DNA from: Armatimonadota bacterium
GTDB taxonomy: Bacteria > Armatimonadota > Zipacnadia > Zipacnadales > UBA5352
Assembly: GCA_034722055.1 (NCBI GenBank)
Contig: JAYENL010000304.1
Coordinates: 1-18,617 of the forward strand
Length of the DNA stretch: 18,617 nt
Direction of reading: 5' to 3'
Shown here: positions 6,952 to 16,211 of the stretch, piece after piece
Layout: every line of letters starts with the position of its first letter
Position numbering within the stretch: position 1 is the first letter of the stretch
The notes under the pieces: model-generated
What the model was told of the DNA's origin: nothing
Seen by the model: the letters and a program-made list of their open reading frames with translations, nothing else
Databases searched by the model: none
Program-made: the position numbers and the translations under genes

Positions 6952-8026
6952 GCGGCTGCGGTGCGGGATCATCGGCTTCGAGTTCGGCCACCAGCTTGCC
7001 TTCGCCGGCGCGCTGGCGCGCAACCGGCCCGCCGAGATCGTGGGGGTCGCGAATCTGCCGGGCGACGGCGATGGGGCCCGCCAGCGGGCCGAGAACTTCG
7101 CCGAGCAGCAGGTCGTGCCGCACTTCGACGCCTGGCAGGAGCTGCTTGACGCCGAGGTACCGGAGGCGGTCTCCGTCTGCGCCCCACCGTCGCGCAACCC
7201 CGACATCGTGGCCGAGCTGGCCTCGCGTGGCGTGCACGTCATGAGCGAGAAGCCGGTCGCCGCGGACCTGGACGGCGTGCGGCGCATCGCCGCCGCCGTG
7301 CATCAGGCCGGCATCGCATTCACCTTCGGCTTCCACGCCGCGCGCTTCGCCAGGCCCGTGCAGCGGGCCATCAGCGCCGTGCGCGGCGGGGAGGTGGGGG
7401 CTGTGCGGGTGCTCAACGGGATGTTCCTGCAGACGAAGGGGCCACGCTACACGATCTCGGTGGAGGAGGCGCGCCGCCGCAGGGCCGCAGGTGAGCCGTC
7501 CGTGGGGGAGCTGGCGAACTTCGGGGGCTACCTGCTGCTGGCCTTCAGCGCCTACGCTGAGGCGCGCGTGACCTCGGTCTATGCCGAGATGGATGCCTTC
7601 CTCTACGAGAGCTATCGCATCGCCGGGATCGAGGACATGGCGCTGCTGAGCCTGCAGTACGACACCGGCGTGGTGGGCACCGCGACGCTCGGTCGCACCA
7701 CCACAAAGTCGCTGCCGGCCACCGACGCGCGCCACGAGATCATCGGCAGCGGGGGCGTGCTGCACGTCGATCACGCCCTCGGCGACCGGGTCTTCGTCTA
7801 CGGACAGTTCCGCGACGATGACCCCTACGAGCGCGGCGGCTTTCAGACGCCGACCTTCAGCCGCCCCTCCCACGAGCTCTACGTGGATGACTTCGTGGAC
7901 GCGGCGCTTCTCGGCCGGCAGACAGCGTTGACCGTCGGTAACGCCCTGGAGCTGGAGCGAACGCTGCAGGCGGCTTACCACTCGGCGCGCCTGCACCAGC
8001 CGATCGATCCGCGCGAGTTGATGTGA
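6944..8026 (+). CDS. Gfo/Idh/MocA family oxidoreductase, 360 aa
   Basis: 'GVHVMSEKP', N-terminal 'CGIIGFEFGH', and 'GELANFGGY'. The 8-nt overlap with the upstream stop (ATGAGTGA) suggests translational coupling. Confidence 0.85.
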   Translation: MSERLRCGIIGFEFGHQLAFAGALARNRPAEIVGVANLPGDGDGARQRAENFAEQQVVPHFDAWQELLDAEVPEAVSVCAPPSRNPDIVAELASRGVHVMSEKPVAADLDGVRRIAAAVHQAGIAFTFGFHAARFARPVQRAISAVRGGEVGAVRVLNGMFLQTKGPRYTISVEEARRRRAAGEPSVGELANFGGYLLLAFSAYAEARVTSVYAEMDAFLYESYRIAGIEDMALLSLQYDTGVVGTATLGRTTTKSLPATDARHEIIGSGGVLHVDHALGDRVFVYGQFRDDDPYERGGFQTPTFSRPSHELYVDDFVDAALLGRQTALTVGNALELERTLQAAYHSARLHQPIDPRELM

Positions 8027-8044
8027 CGCCATCGGAGGGAGACG

Positions 8045-10789
8045 ATGCGACAGCACACCACTCGTTGTCGTCCGGAGCGCCGGGCAGCCTTGCCCGCCCG
8101 CAGTTACTCGCTTGGCGTGCCGTTTGGAGGGGCCGGACTCCGCCCCGGCCCGGTCGTTGTCCTGCCGGCTGAGCGGCACGACAACGGCGCACGGACAGGA
8201 GTGTCCGTGCCACGGAACGTCGCTCGATACGTGAGCATGGGGCTGATCCTGCTCATCTGCGCCGGCGGCTGCGCGGCGGCACTGGAGATCGAGACGGCCT
8301 CCTACGCGCCCGACCGGGAGTTCCCCGAGCTGCTGCAGTACTTCAAGGAGGGCTGGGGGATCACCAACGAGCTGGGCCAGACGCGGCAGTACACGGAGGC
8401 CGTGAAGCGGGGCGCATACCTGCACGCCGTCGTGCACAACGCCTCGGATGAGCCGCTGGCGGTGGAGCGCGTGCTCCTGCAGGGCATCGACCTTGCCGAG
8501 CAGCTCGCGCCGCGCCATGCCGAGCACCGCGGCGTGCGGGCGGCCAGCTTCCTGCTCAACGGCGAGGACCTCACGCCCCCGGCCCTGCGCCAGCGCCTGG
8601 AGGCCGCCGGGTCTCCCGTGTGGTGGATGGTCCGGCCCGACCCCATCCCGGCGAACGGCTTCGCGGAGGTCGTTGTGCGGCTGCGCGAGCTCCCGGAGCC
8701 GGAGGTTCTCTCGCTCACAGTGACGACCGCCGGAGAGTCGATCACCGCCGAGGTCAGGCGCCGGGTCGGACCGGCCATCGTCTCGACGGCGCTGGCTTCG
8801 GGGATGGATCGGCTCTTCGTCTGCCTGCGCGGCCAGGACTTCGAGGTGACTCGCGTCAGCATCGATGGGCGGCATGTCGCGACTTCGGCGCCGAGTGACC
8901 TGCACAGCGCCGGTGGGATACTGCCGCTGGAGATCCCGCTGAGGGAGGCCTGGGAGCGCGGCAGCTTCCACTGCGTGACGATGGCAACGCATCCGGGACG
9001 TGAGACTGCGGCGGTGGTGCGGGCGCTGCGGCCGAGCTTTGCCCTTGGCATGTGGGGCTATCGCAACGAGGGGCTGACGCTGGAGGAGATGGTGCGCGAC
9101 TGCTGCGAGACCTTCCAGGAGCACCTCTTCAACACCCACATGGCCATGGCTGGCGCTCACACGGGCTATCTGGACTCGGCCGAGGGCCTGGGGCTGCTGG
9201 CGGAGACCGGACTGCGGCTGATGGTCAGCGCGCCGCACGAGGAGACCATCGGGAGCGAGCAGCTCTACGCCCGCTTTTTGCTCGATGAGCCCGACTGCAG
9301 CGACTACCGCGTGGACGATCTCCCGTGGGACCAGCGCATCGGAGCCTCCGCCCAGGGGCTGGTTGAGCGCCAGCGGGAGTGGACGCTGCAGGACCCGCTC
9401 ACGCCCAGCCTGCTGAACGTGGACATGACCTTCAAGCCCGAGAACTGGCTCACCTACGGGCAGCTTCCGGACATCTTCGCCGTGGACCCCTACTACCAGA
9501 ACCGGCTGCGCGACGCCTACTGGAGCCACCCGGCACGCGTGCGGCAGTTCTGCACGCCCTACTACGTCTTTGCGGTGGCCGAGATTGCGCGCAGCGGCTG
9601 CCAGCCCGCACCGCTGCACATCATCCTCAACTCCACCTCCTTCCACGGCGAGGATCGCACCTTCCGCTACGGGACCCCGGAGGAGAAGCGCATCGAGTTC
9701 TACCACTCGGTGGCGGCCGGCGCCCGGGGGATCTCCTACTGGTGGTTCACCCCCTACGGCCGGTACGTGGGCTGCGGGGCGCGCGATCCAGGCGCCTACG
9801 CCATGATGCAGGAGCTGGCGCGGCTGAACGCCGAGGCCCTCGCGGTGGCCGACCTGCTGGCGATCGGCTGCCCGGCGCATGCGCCCGGCTCGCCGGACCC
9901 CTTCGCCAGCGCCCGGCCCGAGTGGCTGATGACCCGCACGCTGCTGTGCGGCACCCACGCGGCCCTGGTGGTGCTGGTCAATCGCGACCACGCCTCCGAC
10001 CGCGAGGGCACTGTGTTCGCGCCCATCCCCAGGGCGCGCGTGCATGTGGAGCTGCCGCACTGGCTGGAGGCCAGGCACGCCCTGCGCCTGGCCGCCGGCG
10101 AGCTGACTGAGCTGCAGCTCGAGCGGGGGGATGGGGCCGCCACCTGCGAGCTGGAGGACGTGCAGCTCACCGAGCTGCTCATCCTGGCCGACCGGGAGTC
10201 CATCGTCGAGCGCGTTCGCCGACAGTGGCAGAACCTGCAGCCGCGGCTGGCGGCCGTGGCCGGGCGCACGTATGAGCAGTGGGCCACTGCGCGCCAGGCG
10301 GCGGAGCAGCAGCGGCGGGAGCGGCTGGAGCAGCGCCGCCAGGAGCTGTTCGCGCGCTACTCCGAGCTGGCCGAGCAGGGGAGCTGGGTCGAGGCGTCCC
10401 AGCGCATGGGCACCTACGGCTACGAGACGGAGCGCATCTGGAACCCGACCGAGACGAAGTACAACGCGCAGACGTGGTGGGTCGGACGCGGTGAGGTGAC
10501 CGATGACATCGTGAAGGGGCTGCGCTGGAGGCCTCCGGAGCCAGGCCGTTGGCGCGTGGCCGTCAGCTACCGGCCCAAGCACCTCTACCGCCTGCGCGTG
10601 GTGCGCGGCGATGAGGTGCTTGCCGAGAAGCTGCTGGAGGGGCGCTTCCCGGATCACGCCGAGGTCGCGGACCGGACCGTGGAGATCCCCGAGGGCGCGG
10701 CGCTGGAGTTCGTGCAGCTCGGCAGCGACACGGGCGGGGAGATGTGGGGCCGCGTCTCGCCCCACGCCGTCTTCGTGCCCGCGCAGTAA
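8045..10789 (+). CDS. secreted hypothetical protein with putative glycoside-hydrolase-like TIM barrel (DEP motif), 914 aa; alternative starts at 8231/8237
   Basis: SD GGAGGGAG directly upstream of ATG 8045. Hydrophobic signal core MGLILLICAGGCAAA. Motifs FLLDEPD, DIFAVDPYY and TPEEKRIEFYHSVAAGARGISYW. A charged helical segment lies near the C-terminus. Confidence 0.75.
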   Translation: MRQHTTRCRPERRAALPARSYSLGVPFGGAGLRPGPVVVLPAERHDNGARTGVSVPRNVARYVSMGLILLICAGGCAAALEIETASYAPDREFPELLQYFKEGWGITNELGQTRQYTEAVKRGAYLHAVVHNASDEPLAVERVLLQGIDLAEQLAPRHAEHRGVRAASFLLNGEDLTPPALRQRLEAAGSPVWWMVRPDPIPANGFAEVVVRLRELPEPEVLSLTVTTAGESITAEVRRRVGPAIVSTALASGMDRLFVCLRGQDFEVTRVSIDGRHVATSAPSDLHSAGGILPLEIPLREAWERGSFHCVTMATHPGRETAAVVRALRPSFALGMWGYRNEGLTLEEMVRDCCETFQEHLFNTHMAMAGAHTGYLDSAEGLGLLAETGLRLMVSAPHEETIGSEQLYARFLLDEPDCSDYRVDDLPWDQRIGASAQGLVERQREWTLQDPLTPSLLNVDMTFKPENWLTYGQLPDIFAVDPYYQNRLRDAYWSHPARVRQFCTPYYVFAVAEIARSGCQPAPLHIILNSTSFHGEDRTFRYGTPEEKRIEFYHSVAAGARGISYWWFTPYGRYVGCGARDPGAYAMMQELARLNAEALAVADLLAIGCPAHAPGSPDPFASARPEWLMTRTLLCGTHAALVVLVNRDHASDREGTVFAPIPRARVHVELPHWLEARHALRLAAGELTELQLERGDGAATCELEDVQLTELLILADRESIVERVRRQWQNLQPRLAAVAGRTYEQWATARQAAEQQRRERLEQRRQELFARYSELAEQGSWVEASQRMGTYGYETERIWNPTETKYNAQTWWVGRGEVTDDIVKGLRWRPPEPGRWRVAVSYRPKHLYRLRVVRGDEVLAEKLLEGRFPDHAEVADRTVEIPEGAALEFVQLGSDTGGEMWGRVSPHAVFVPAQ
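8121..8219. repeat. REP doublet / REPIN-like 99-nt imperfect palindrome
   Basis: Left hairpin gggccgg-actccgcc-ccggccc (8130-8151). Central 12-bp stem gttgtcctgccg/cggcacgacaac with 1 mismatch. Right REP gcacggaca-ggag-tgtccgtgc-cac-ggaacg matches 247-282. Confidence 0.75.
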
Positions 10790-10817
10790 CCTCTACTCCG
10801 AACGCGAGGTGAGACAC

Positions 10818-13800
10818 ATGCGCGTTCACACAGCGGTCATCATCCTGGTCACCGCTCTGCTGCCGCAGGCGGCTTTCGCAGGCGAGAATCTGCTGGAGAA
10901 CCCGGGCTTCGAGTTGGTGGACGAGGAGACCGGCTTCGCCACGGCCTGGGAGGAGGTCTTCTGGAGCAACCCCCATGGCACCATCGAGCTGTCGGAGGAG
11001 GCCCGCTCCGGCGAGCGATCCGCCATGCTGCGGGGCCTTCCGCCCGAGCAGATCACCGATCCCGGGAAGCGCAACAATCACCTGGTGGCGCAGACGCTGG
11101 AGGGCCTCAGCGGCGTGCGCCGGCTGGTGCTCAGCGCCTGGTACCGCGCTGAGCCGGAGGCCGGCGCGTACCTCTCCATCATGACCCACGACGCCGAGGG
11201 CAACCGCCTGCAGTACATCTCCTCCACCCGCAGCTCGAACCGCCTCGACTGGACGCAGATGACCCTCACCTTCACCACCGAGCCGCAGACCGAGCGGGTG
11301 ACCGTCTACCTGCGCAATGGCGGGGAGGGCGCCGTATGGTTCGATGATGCCTCGCTGACCAGCACCGAGGACGTGCTGGAGAACGACCTGGCGCGGGCCA
11401 TGGTGGAGACCCTCGTGGGCGGCCGCCTGCGCAGCTTCCAGGTCGGGGAGGACGCGGCGGAGTGGACGACCTGGCAGGGCGTGCGCCCGGGCGGGATGGT
11501 GGCGGAGATCGTCCCGGGCGACGAGTATCCGGGACTGCTGCGGGACGCGCCGTGGCAGGCCGAAGTGCTTGAGCCGAACCGCCGCCTGCTCCTCCACCAT
11601 CGCGCCAGCCACCCGGATTTGGCCGGCCTGGTCTTCGAGAAAGAGCTCGCGCTGCCGGAGGGCTCGGCGGCGCTGGAGGTGACTCTGCGGGTGCGCAACG
11701 AGGCGGATGCCGCGCGGTCGCTGAACCTTCGCGCCCAGCAGTGCCTGCCGCGGACCGGAGGGCTGGTGACGTGGCGTAGCGAGGATGCGCTGCACGTCTA
11801 CCGCCATCCCGAGGACGTGCTCAAGCGCAGCGTATCCATCGAGGACCTGGCCAGAGGATGGATCGCTCACGCCGATCCGGATGCGGACGCGGGGACGGTG
11901 TTTCTCTTCGACCGTGAGGCAATCGAGAAGGGCCTCCTCTACGTCGGACAGGACCTGCAGACCGTGGAGTGGTACTACCGCCAGACGGAGCTTGCGCCCA
12001 ACGAGACCTGGGAGACCACCTACCGGATCGCCCCGATCCGCTCCGGAACGCCAGTGGTCGCCGTGGCCGATGACGTGGCCGCAGGGCTCTCGCCGCTGCG
12101 AATGGCGGCCGAGGAGGACTACATCCTGACGCTGGCGGCGCTCGCCGATGGCTGGGAGGGCATGGCCACCGCCTCCGGCTTCGCGGCCGAGGGCACAAGG
12201 CCCGCCAGAGTCACGCCGGCAGAGCTGGCCGGACTCGCGGCGGTGGCGGTCGAGCTGCCCTGGGGTGGCATGGGCATCGAGCGCATCGACCTGTCGGTGG
12301 CCGGCGAGCATCGCGCCAGCCTCTCGGAGGCGACCATCGAGGAGGTCGCCGTCACCGAGCTGCCCGAGCCGCCCGCACAGCTTCCAGCCTTCCCGGCCGC
12401 CACGCAGTACTTCCCCTATGGCGAGTACCTGCGCGGTCTGGAGGTGCCTGAGGCGGGGACCAAGGAGGAGAACATCCAGCGCAACCTCCGCGCCTATCGC
12501 CGGGCCTACATCAACACCTACATCGTCGGGGAGGGACATCTCCTTGGCCCCTTCAAGCAGGAGGGCAGGGCCTGGATCTGTGAGCTGCTGCGGGAGTTCG
12601 ACATGCGGGCCTTCCCCAAGGGCGAGTTCCTCCGCGTCTTTGAGCGCACCGAGGACGGCCGGCGCGAGGAGATCTTCCCGGGGATCATGAGCCGCGATGA
12701 GGCCGTGGCCCGCATCGAGGAGGGCGGCTACGATCTGCAGCTCCGCCGGCACTTCGCGGAGCAGTATGGCGACGTGATCCTCGCCTACGACGTCAGCGAC
12801 GAGCCCTCCGGCCAGCACATCCCCAACTACCTGATGGTGCAGAGCATCTTCCGGGAGATCGACCCCCGGCACCCGGCGCTGACCATCCTGAATCTCAGCC
12901 GCACCGAGTACCTGCCCTACATGCCTATCTACTACGGGGACGAATATCCCATCCGCAATGAGGCCCGCGGCGGCCGGCGGCCGTGGGCGGTGTGGGACGC
13001 CGTCCGCTTCTGCGCCGAGCACACCTCCGGGCCCGTCTGGGTCATGCTGCAGGCCTTCGGGGGCCTCGCCGACTACACCTGGCAGCTTCCGAGCGAGGCC
13101 GAGATGCGGCTCACCATCTACTCCGTGATCGGCGCGGGCGGCAAGGGCATCACCTTCCACGGCTCCTTCTCCCCGCCGTGCTGGCGCTACAACCACCACT
13201 ACTTCTACACGTCCCGCGACTCCTGGGGCGTGGCGGAGCCGGCGTGGCGGGCCATGCGTGAGTGCGGCCGGCACCTCACCGCCATCGGGCCCGCCCTGCT
13301 CGACACCCGGCCCGCCGACGCCGAGGCCTTCACGCTCCGCTGCGCGCAGCTTGAGGCCGGCGGTGGAGCCTATGCCGGGCCCGCGGTGCGGCTGGGCATC
13401 CTCCGCGAGCGCATGGGCGAGGGCCGCTTCCTGGTGGTCGTGAACCAGGACGTCGCCAACCGTCAGCAGGCCGAGCTGCTGCCGAATGCGCAGCTCATCG
13501 GCGAGGGCGAGGTGCTCATCGACCTTCACGGCCTGGCCGAGATCGGCCCTGTGCGGGAGTTGGAGCACCCGCTGGAGCTTGCGCCCGGCGACGGCCGCAT
13601 CTTCTACTGCGGACCGCCGGAGGCAGCTCAGCAGGTCCTGGGCGAGGTCCATCGCCACCACTGCGATAACGAGCGCGCCATCTTCCGCATCGACCTCGAG
13701 ATGGCGCGCGCGAACGGCGTGAAGGCGGCGAGGGCCGCGGACCTGGCGGCGCAGTCCGAGCAGGCCCTCGACGCGGGGGACGCGGCGGCCGCGCACCGGC

Positions 13801-14192
13801 TCATCCTCCAGGCCCAGGAGGCGCTGGCGGATGCCATCCAGGCTGACGATGTGCTGTCTGACGCCATCCAGGCACTCGACGAGAGTCTGGAGCTGCTGGC
13901 GTCTATCGCGCGCACGTACCGGGAGCACTTCGATGTGGTGGTGCCCCCCGAGGATCGCGCGGGGGCACCCAAGTACAGGCCGTGGACGAACACGCAGGAC
14001 GCGTGGATGCAGCAGTACGTGGACGAGACCGCCGCGGCTTTCTGCGACATGTTGAACCTTGAGACTCGCGTCTACGCCGGCGAGGCGGCGGACGCGCTTC
14101 CCGAGATTCGGCGGGTGCGACAGGAGGCCGAGCGGCTCAACGATGAGGCCATTGCCTACGTGACGTCGCAGGCGGAGGAGGCGGAGCAGTAA
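10818..14192 (+). CDS. secreted multidomain protein: N-terminal CBM4/9-like (galactose-binding-fold) module, beta-supersandwich-like region, GH-like TIM barrel (DEP motif), helical C-terminus; 1124 aa
   Basis: SD GAGGTG (10806-10811) and ATG 10818; the ORF-track start at 10611 overlaps the previous gene. Signal peptide ends in AFA. Motifs 'NLLENPGFE...VWFDDASL', 'YDVSDEP' and 'PSEAEMRLTIYSVIGAGGKGITF'. Confidence 0.8.
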   Translation: MRVHTAVIILVTALLPQAAFAGENLLENPGFELVDEETGFATAWEEVFWSNPHGTIELSEEARSGERSAMLRGLPPEQITDPGKRNNHLVAQTLEGLSGVRRLVLSAWYRAEPEAGAYLSIMTHDAEGNRLQYISSTRSSNRLDWTQMTLTFTTEPQTERVTVYLRNGGEGAVWFDDASLTSTEDVLENDLARAMVETLVGGRLRSFQVGEDAAEWTTWQGVRPGGMVAEIVPGDEYPGLLRDAPWQAEVLEPNRRLLLHHRASHPDLAGLVFEKELALPEGSAALEVTLRVRNEADAARSLNLRAQQCLPRTGGLVTWRSEDALHVYRHPEDVLKRSVSIEDLARGWIAHADPDADAGTVFLFDREAIEKGLLYVGQDLQTVEWYYRQTELAPNETWETTYRIAPIRSGTPVVAVADDVAAGLSPLRMAAEEDYILTLAALADGWEGMATASGFAAEGTRPARVTPAELAGLAAVAVELPWGGMGIERIDLSVAGEHRASLSEATIEEVAVTELPEPPAQLPAFPAATQYFPYGEYLRGLEVPEAGTKEENIQRNLRAYRRAYINTYIVGEGHLLGPFKQEGRAWICELLREFDMRAFPKGEFLRVFERTEDGRREEIFPGIMSRDEAVARIEEGGYDLQLRRHFAEQYGDVILAYDVSDEPSGQHIPNYLMVQSIFREIDPRHPALTILNLSRTEYLPYMPIYYGDEYPIRNEARGGRRPWAVWDAVRFCAEHTSGPVWVMLQAFGGLADYTWQLPSEAEMRLTIYSVIGAGGKGITFHGSFSPPCWRYNHHYFYTSRDSWGVAEPAWRAMRECGRHLTAIGPALLDTRPADAEAFTLRCAQLEAGGGAYAGPAVRLGILRERMGEGRFLVVVNQDVANRQQAELLPNAQLIGEGEVLIDLHGLAEIGPVRELEHPLELAPGDGRIFYCGPPEAAQQVLGEVHRHHCDNERAIFRIDLEMARANGVKAARAADLAAQSEQALDAGDAAAAHRLILQAQEALADAIQADDVLSDAIQALDESLELLASIARTYREHFDVVVPPEDRAGAPKYRPWTNTQDAWMQQYVDETAAAFCDMLNLETRVYAGEAADALPEIRRVRQEAERLNDEAIAYVTSQAEEAEQ

Positions 14193-16189
14193 TGACGGTT
14201 CGCACCGCGGCCTTTCCAGCCATGATCCTTGCCGTGGTTGTTGGCCTTGCGCCCCACGCCATCGCTCAGGAGATCCGGGCCGGAGAGGTGCTGGCCGCCG
14301 ATGACTTCGAGCGCTTCGGCGAGGCCACCGCCGCGCTGGGCCGCCTGCCGACAGGCGGGCAGTCGTGGGCCAAGCACATCACCGCCGCCGGCGGCGAGGC
14401 GATGCCGGACCTGGTGCGGGGAACGAACGACGTCCTGTGGATCGGCTACTCGTCCGGGAACGTCAACGCGCCCGGCGTGTGGGTGGATGGCCTGCGCGTG
14501 GCGGACGGCATCATCGAGCTGACGGTAGGGCGCTCGACCATGGACGGCCGCGCGCACACCGCCATCATCAGCTATCGGGCGCCGGACGGCCCCGCCGCCG
14601 CCTCCGCCGGTGGCGACGGGGCCTATCACCTCTGGCTGGCGCAGGACTGGTCCGGCAGCCGGGATGTGGTCCTGCGCTACGGGAGCCAGCGGCTGGCCGC
14701 CGGCAACGTCGCGGACACGCATGATGTCGAGGGGTCATATCGCGTGAGGATCGCCTTCGCCGGAAGCCATCACCGGGTCTGGGTTGACGATCAGCGGCTG
14801 ATCGACTTCTGGGAGTGGCACCCGGGCCGCGACGATGAGGGCCTGGTGGGCTTCGGAGCCTACTACTCGCAGGGCCTGTTCGACGACTTCCGGCTCAGCG
14901 CCGTGGCGGCGGGCGCGGACGAGCCTACTTATGACACCTCCACAGGCCGCATCCCGCCGCTGATCTATCAGGGGCGGCCCTTCTTCCCGCTGGGGACCTA
15001 CGACCTTCCGCGCGAGGAGGACGTCGAGGAGTTCGTGGAGGCCGGCGGCAACTGCGTCATCGTCCCCTGCTTCCGGGAGAGCGAGCCGCCCCAGCAGCGC
15101 CTGGCGGATCTTCGAGAGAAGGCCCGGTGGGGCGCCGAGCACGGCGTCGCCATGGTCTACTACCCACTCATCGACTTCTTCAGCCGCGTCGGCGAGCAGG
15201 CGATTCCCACCCGGCCGGAGGAGATCCCGCCGAAGATCGAGCTGATCGAGGAGATGCTGTCGGTCACCGCCGACCATCCTAACACGCTGGGCTACTGGAC
15301 CTTCGACGAGCCTGAGAACCAGACGTGGGAGGCCTACAAACAGTGGGAGGAGCGCAGGGATGTGGGCCTGGCGCAGTGGCTGGCCGAGGGCATGGGCTGG
15401 ACCTACGAGGCCTTCAAGCAGCGCGACCCCGACGCCTACGTCATGCCCACCATCGCCTGGTGGACGACCTATGAGGGACTGGCGCCGCTGTATGATGTGA
15501 ACGTCCCAAACACCTACCAGGAGGGCGAAGAGATCTACCAGGTGGTCTACGACGCCCTCCGCGCCGCGGACGCCATCCGGGCCACCGATGCCCGGTCCTT
15601 CGTGTTCATGCCCGCGGTCTACGACACCGCCGAGTGGCCGAATCACTCCCGCCCCGAGATGCGCTACTCCTTCATCGCGCCGGTCACGCGCGGCGCCATG
15701 GGCATTCTCGGCTGGCGGCTGGGGCGGGCGTCCATGCCCTACAGGCGGGCGGTGATCTATCCGGTGATGCGAGAGGTGCGGCGGCTGATGCCGTGGCTGC
15801 TGGGGGAGTGGCATGACGAAAAGGTCACCAGCGATCGCGACACGGCAACAGCCGACTACCTCAAGGAGCTGCCTGAGCGCGTGCGACTGGTGCCCGGGGA
15901 GGAGGAGGCCGGCCTGGTGGAGGTGGCTGAGGACGCGGTGCCCGACTGCTCCCACTGCCTGCGGCGCGCCCCCGACAACACCTGGCTGCTGATCGCGGCC
16001 AGCAACCGGCGCGAGCCCATGGAGGTCACCTTCACGCTGGACGGAATCGAGGGTCTGCCCGAGATCGCGCTGGAGATGATCGACTGGCGGGAGGTGGCTG
16101 TGACGGCGGGCCCGTCACCTGAAGTCGGGACGATCACGGACCGCTTCGAGCCATTCGTCGTGCGCGCCTACCGCATTGTGCCGGAGTGA
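14192..16189 (+). CDS. secreted protein: concanavalin-A/DUF1080-like N-terminal domain plus GH-like TIM barrel (DEP motif), 665 aa
   Basis: TAATG stop/start overlap. Signal peptide ends in AIA. Motifs 'YRVRIAFAGSHHRVWVDD...GLVGFG...FDDFRL', 'GRPFFPLGTY', 'LGYWTFDEP' and 'RPEMRY...GAMGILGW'. Confidence 0.8.
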   Translation: MTVRTAAFPAMILAVVVGLAPHAIAQEIRAGEVLAADDFERFGEATAALGRLPTGGQSWAKHITAAGGEAMPDLVRGTNDVLWIGYSSGNVNAPGVWVDGLRVADGIIELTVGRSTMDGRAHTAIISYRAPDGPAAASAGGDGAYHLWLAQDWSGSRDVVLRYGSQRLAAGNVADTHDVEGSYRVRIAFAGSHHRVWVDDQRLIDFWEWHPGRDDEGLVGFGAYYSQGLFDDFRLSAVAAGADEPTYDTSTGRIPPLIYQGRPFFPLGTYDLPREEDVEEFVEAGGNCVIVPCFRESEPPQQRLADLREKARWGAEHGVAMVYYPLIDFFSRVGEQAIPTRPEEIPPKIELIEEMLSVTADHPNTLGYWTFDEPENQTWEAYKQWEERRDVGLAQWLAEGMGWTYEAFKQRDPDAYVMPTIAWWTTYEGLAPLYDVNVPNTYQEGEEIYQVVYDALRAADAIRATDARSFVFMPAVYDTAEWPNHSRPEMRYSFIAPVTRGAMGILGWRLGRASMPYRRAVIYPVMREVRRLMPWLLGEWHDEKVTSDRDTATADYLKELPERVRLVPGEEEAGLVEVAEDAVPDCSHCLRRAPDNTWLLIAASNRREPMEVTFTLDGIEGLPEIALEMIDWREVAVTAGPSPEVGTITDRFEPFVVRAYRIVPE

Positions 16190-16211
16190 TCGCCCCCGGA
16201 GGTGCGTGCCG

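Noticed and set aside
6767..13928. Very long antisense ORFs 6767-10765 (1332 aa) and 10563-13928 (1121 aa)
   Set aside because: These are shadow frames of high-GC sense genes. They have no recognisable motifs and fully overlap better-supported plus-strand CDSs that have SDs and signal peptides.
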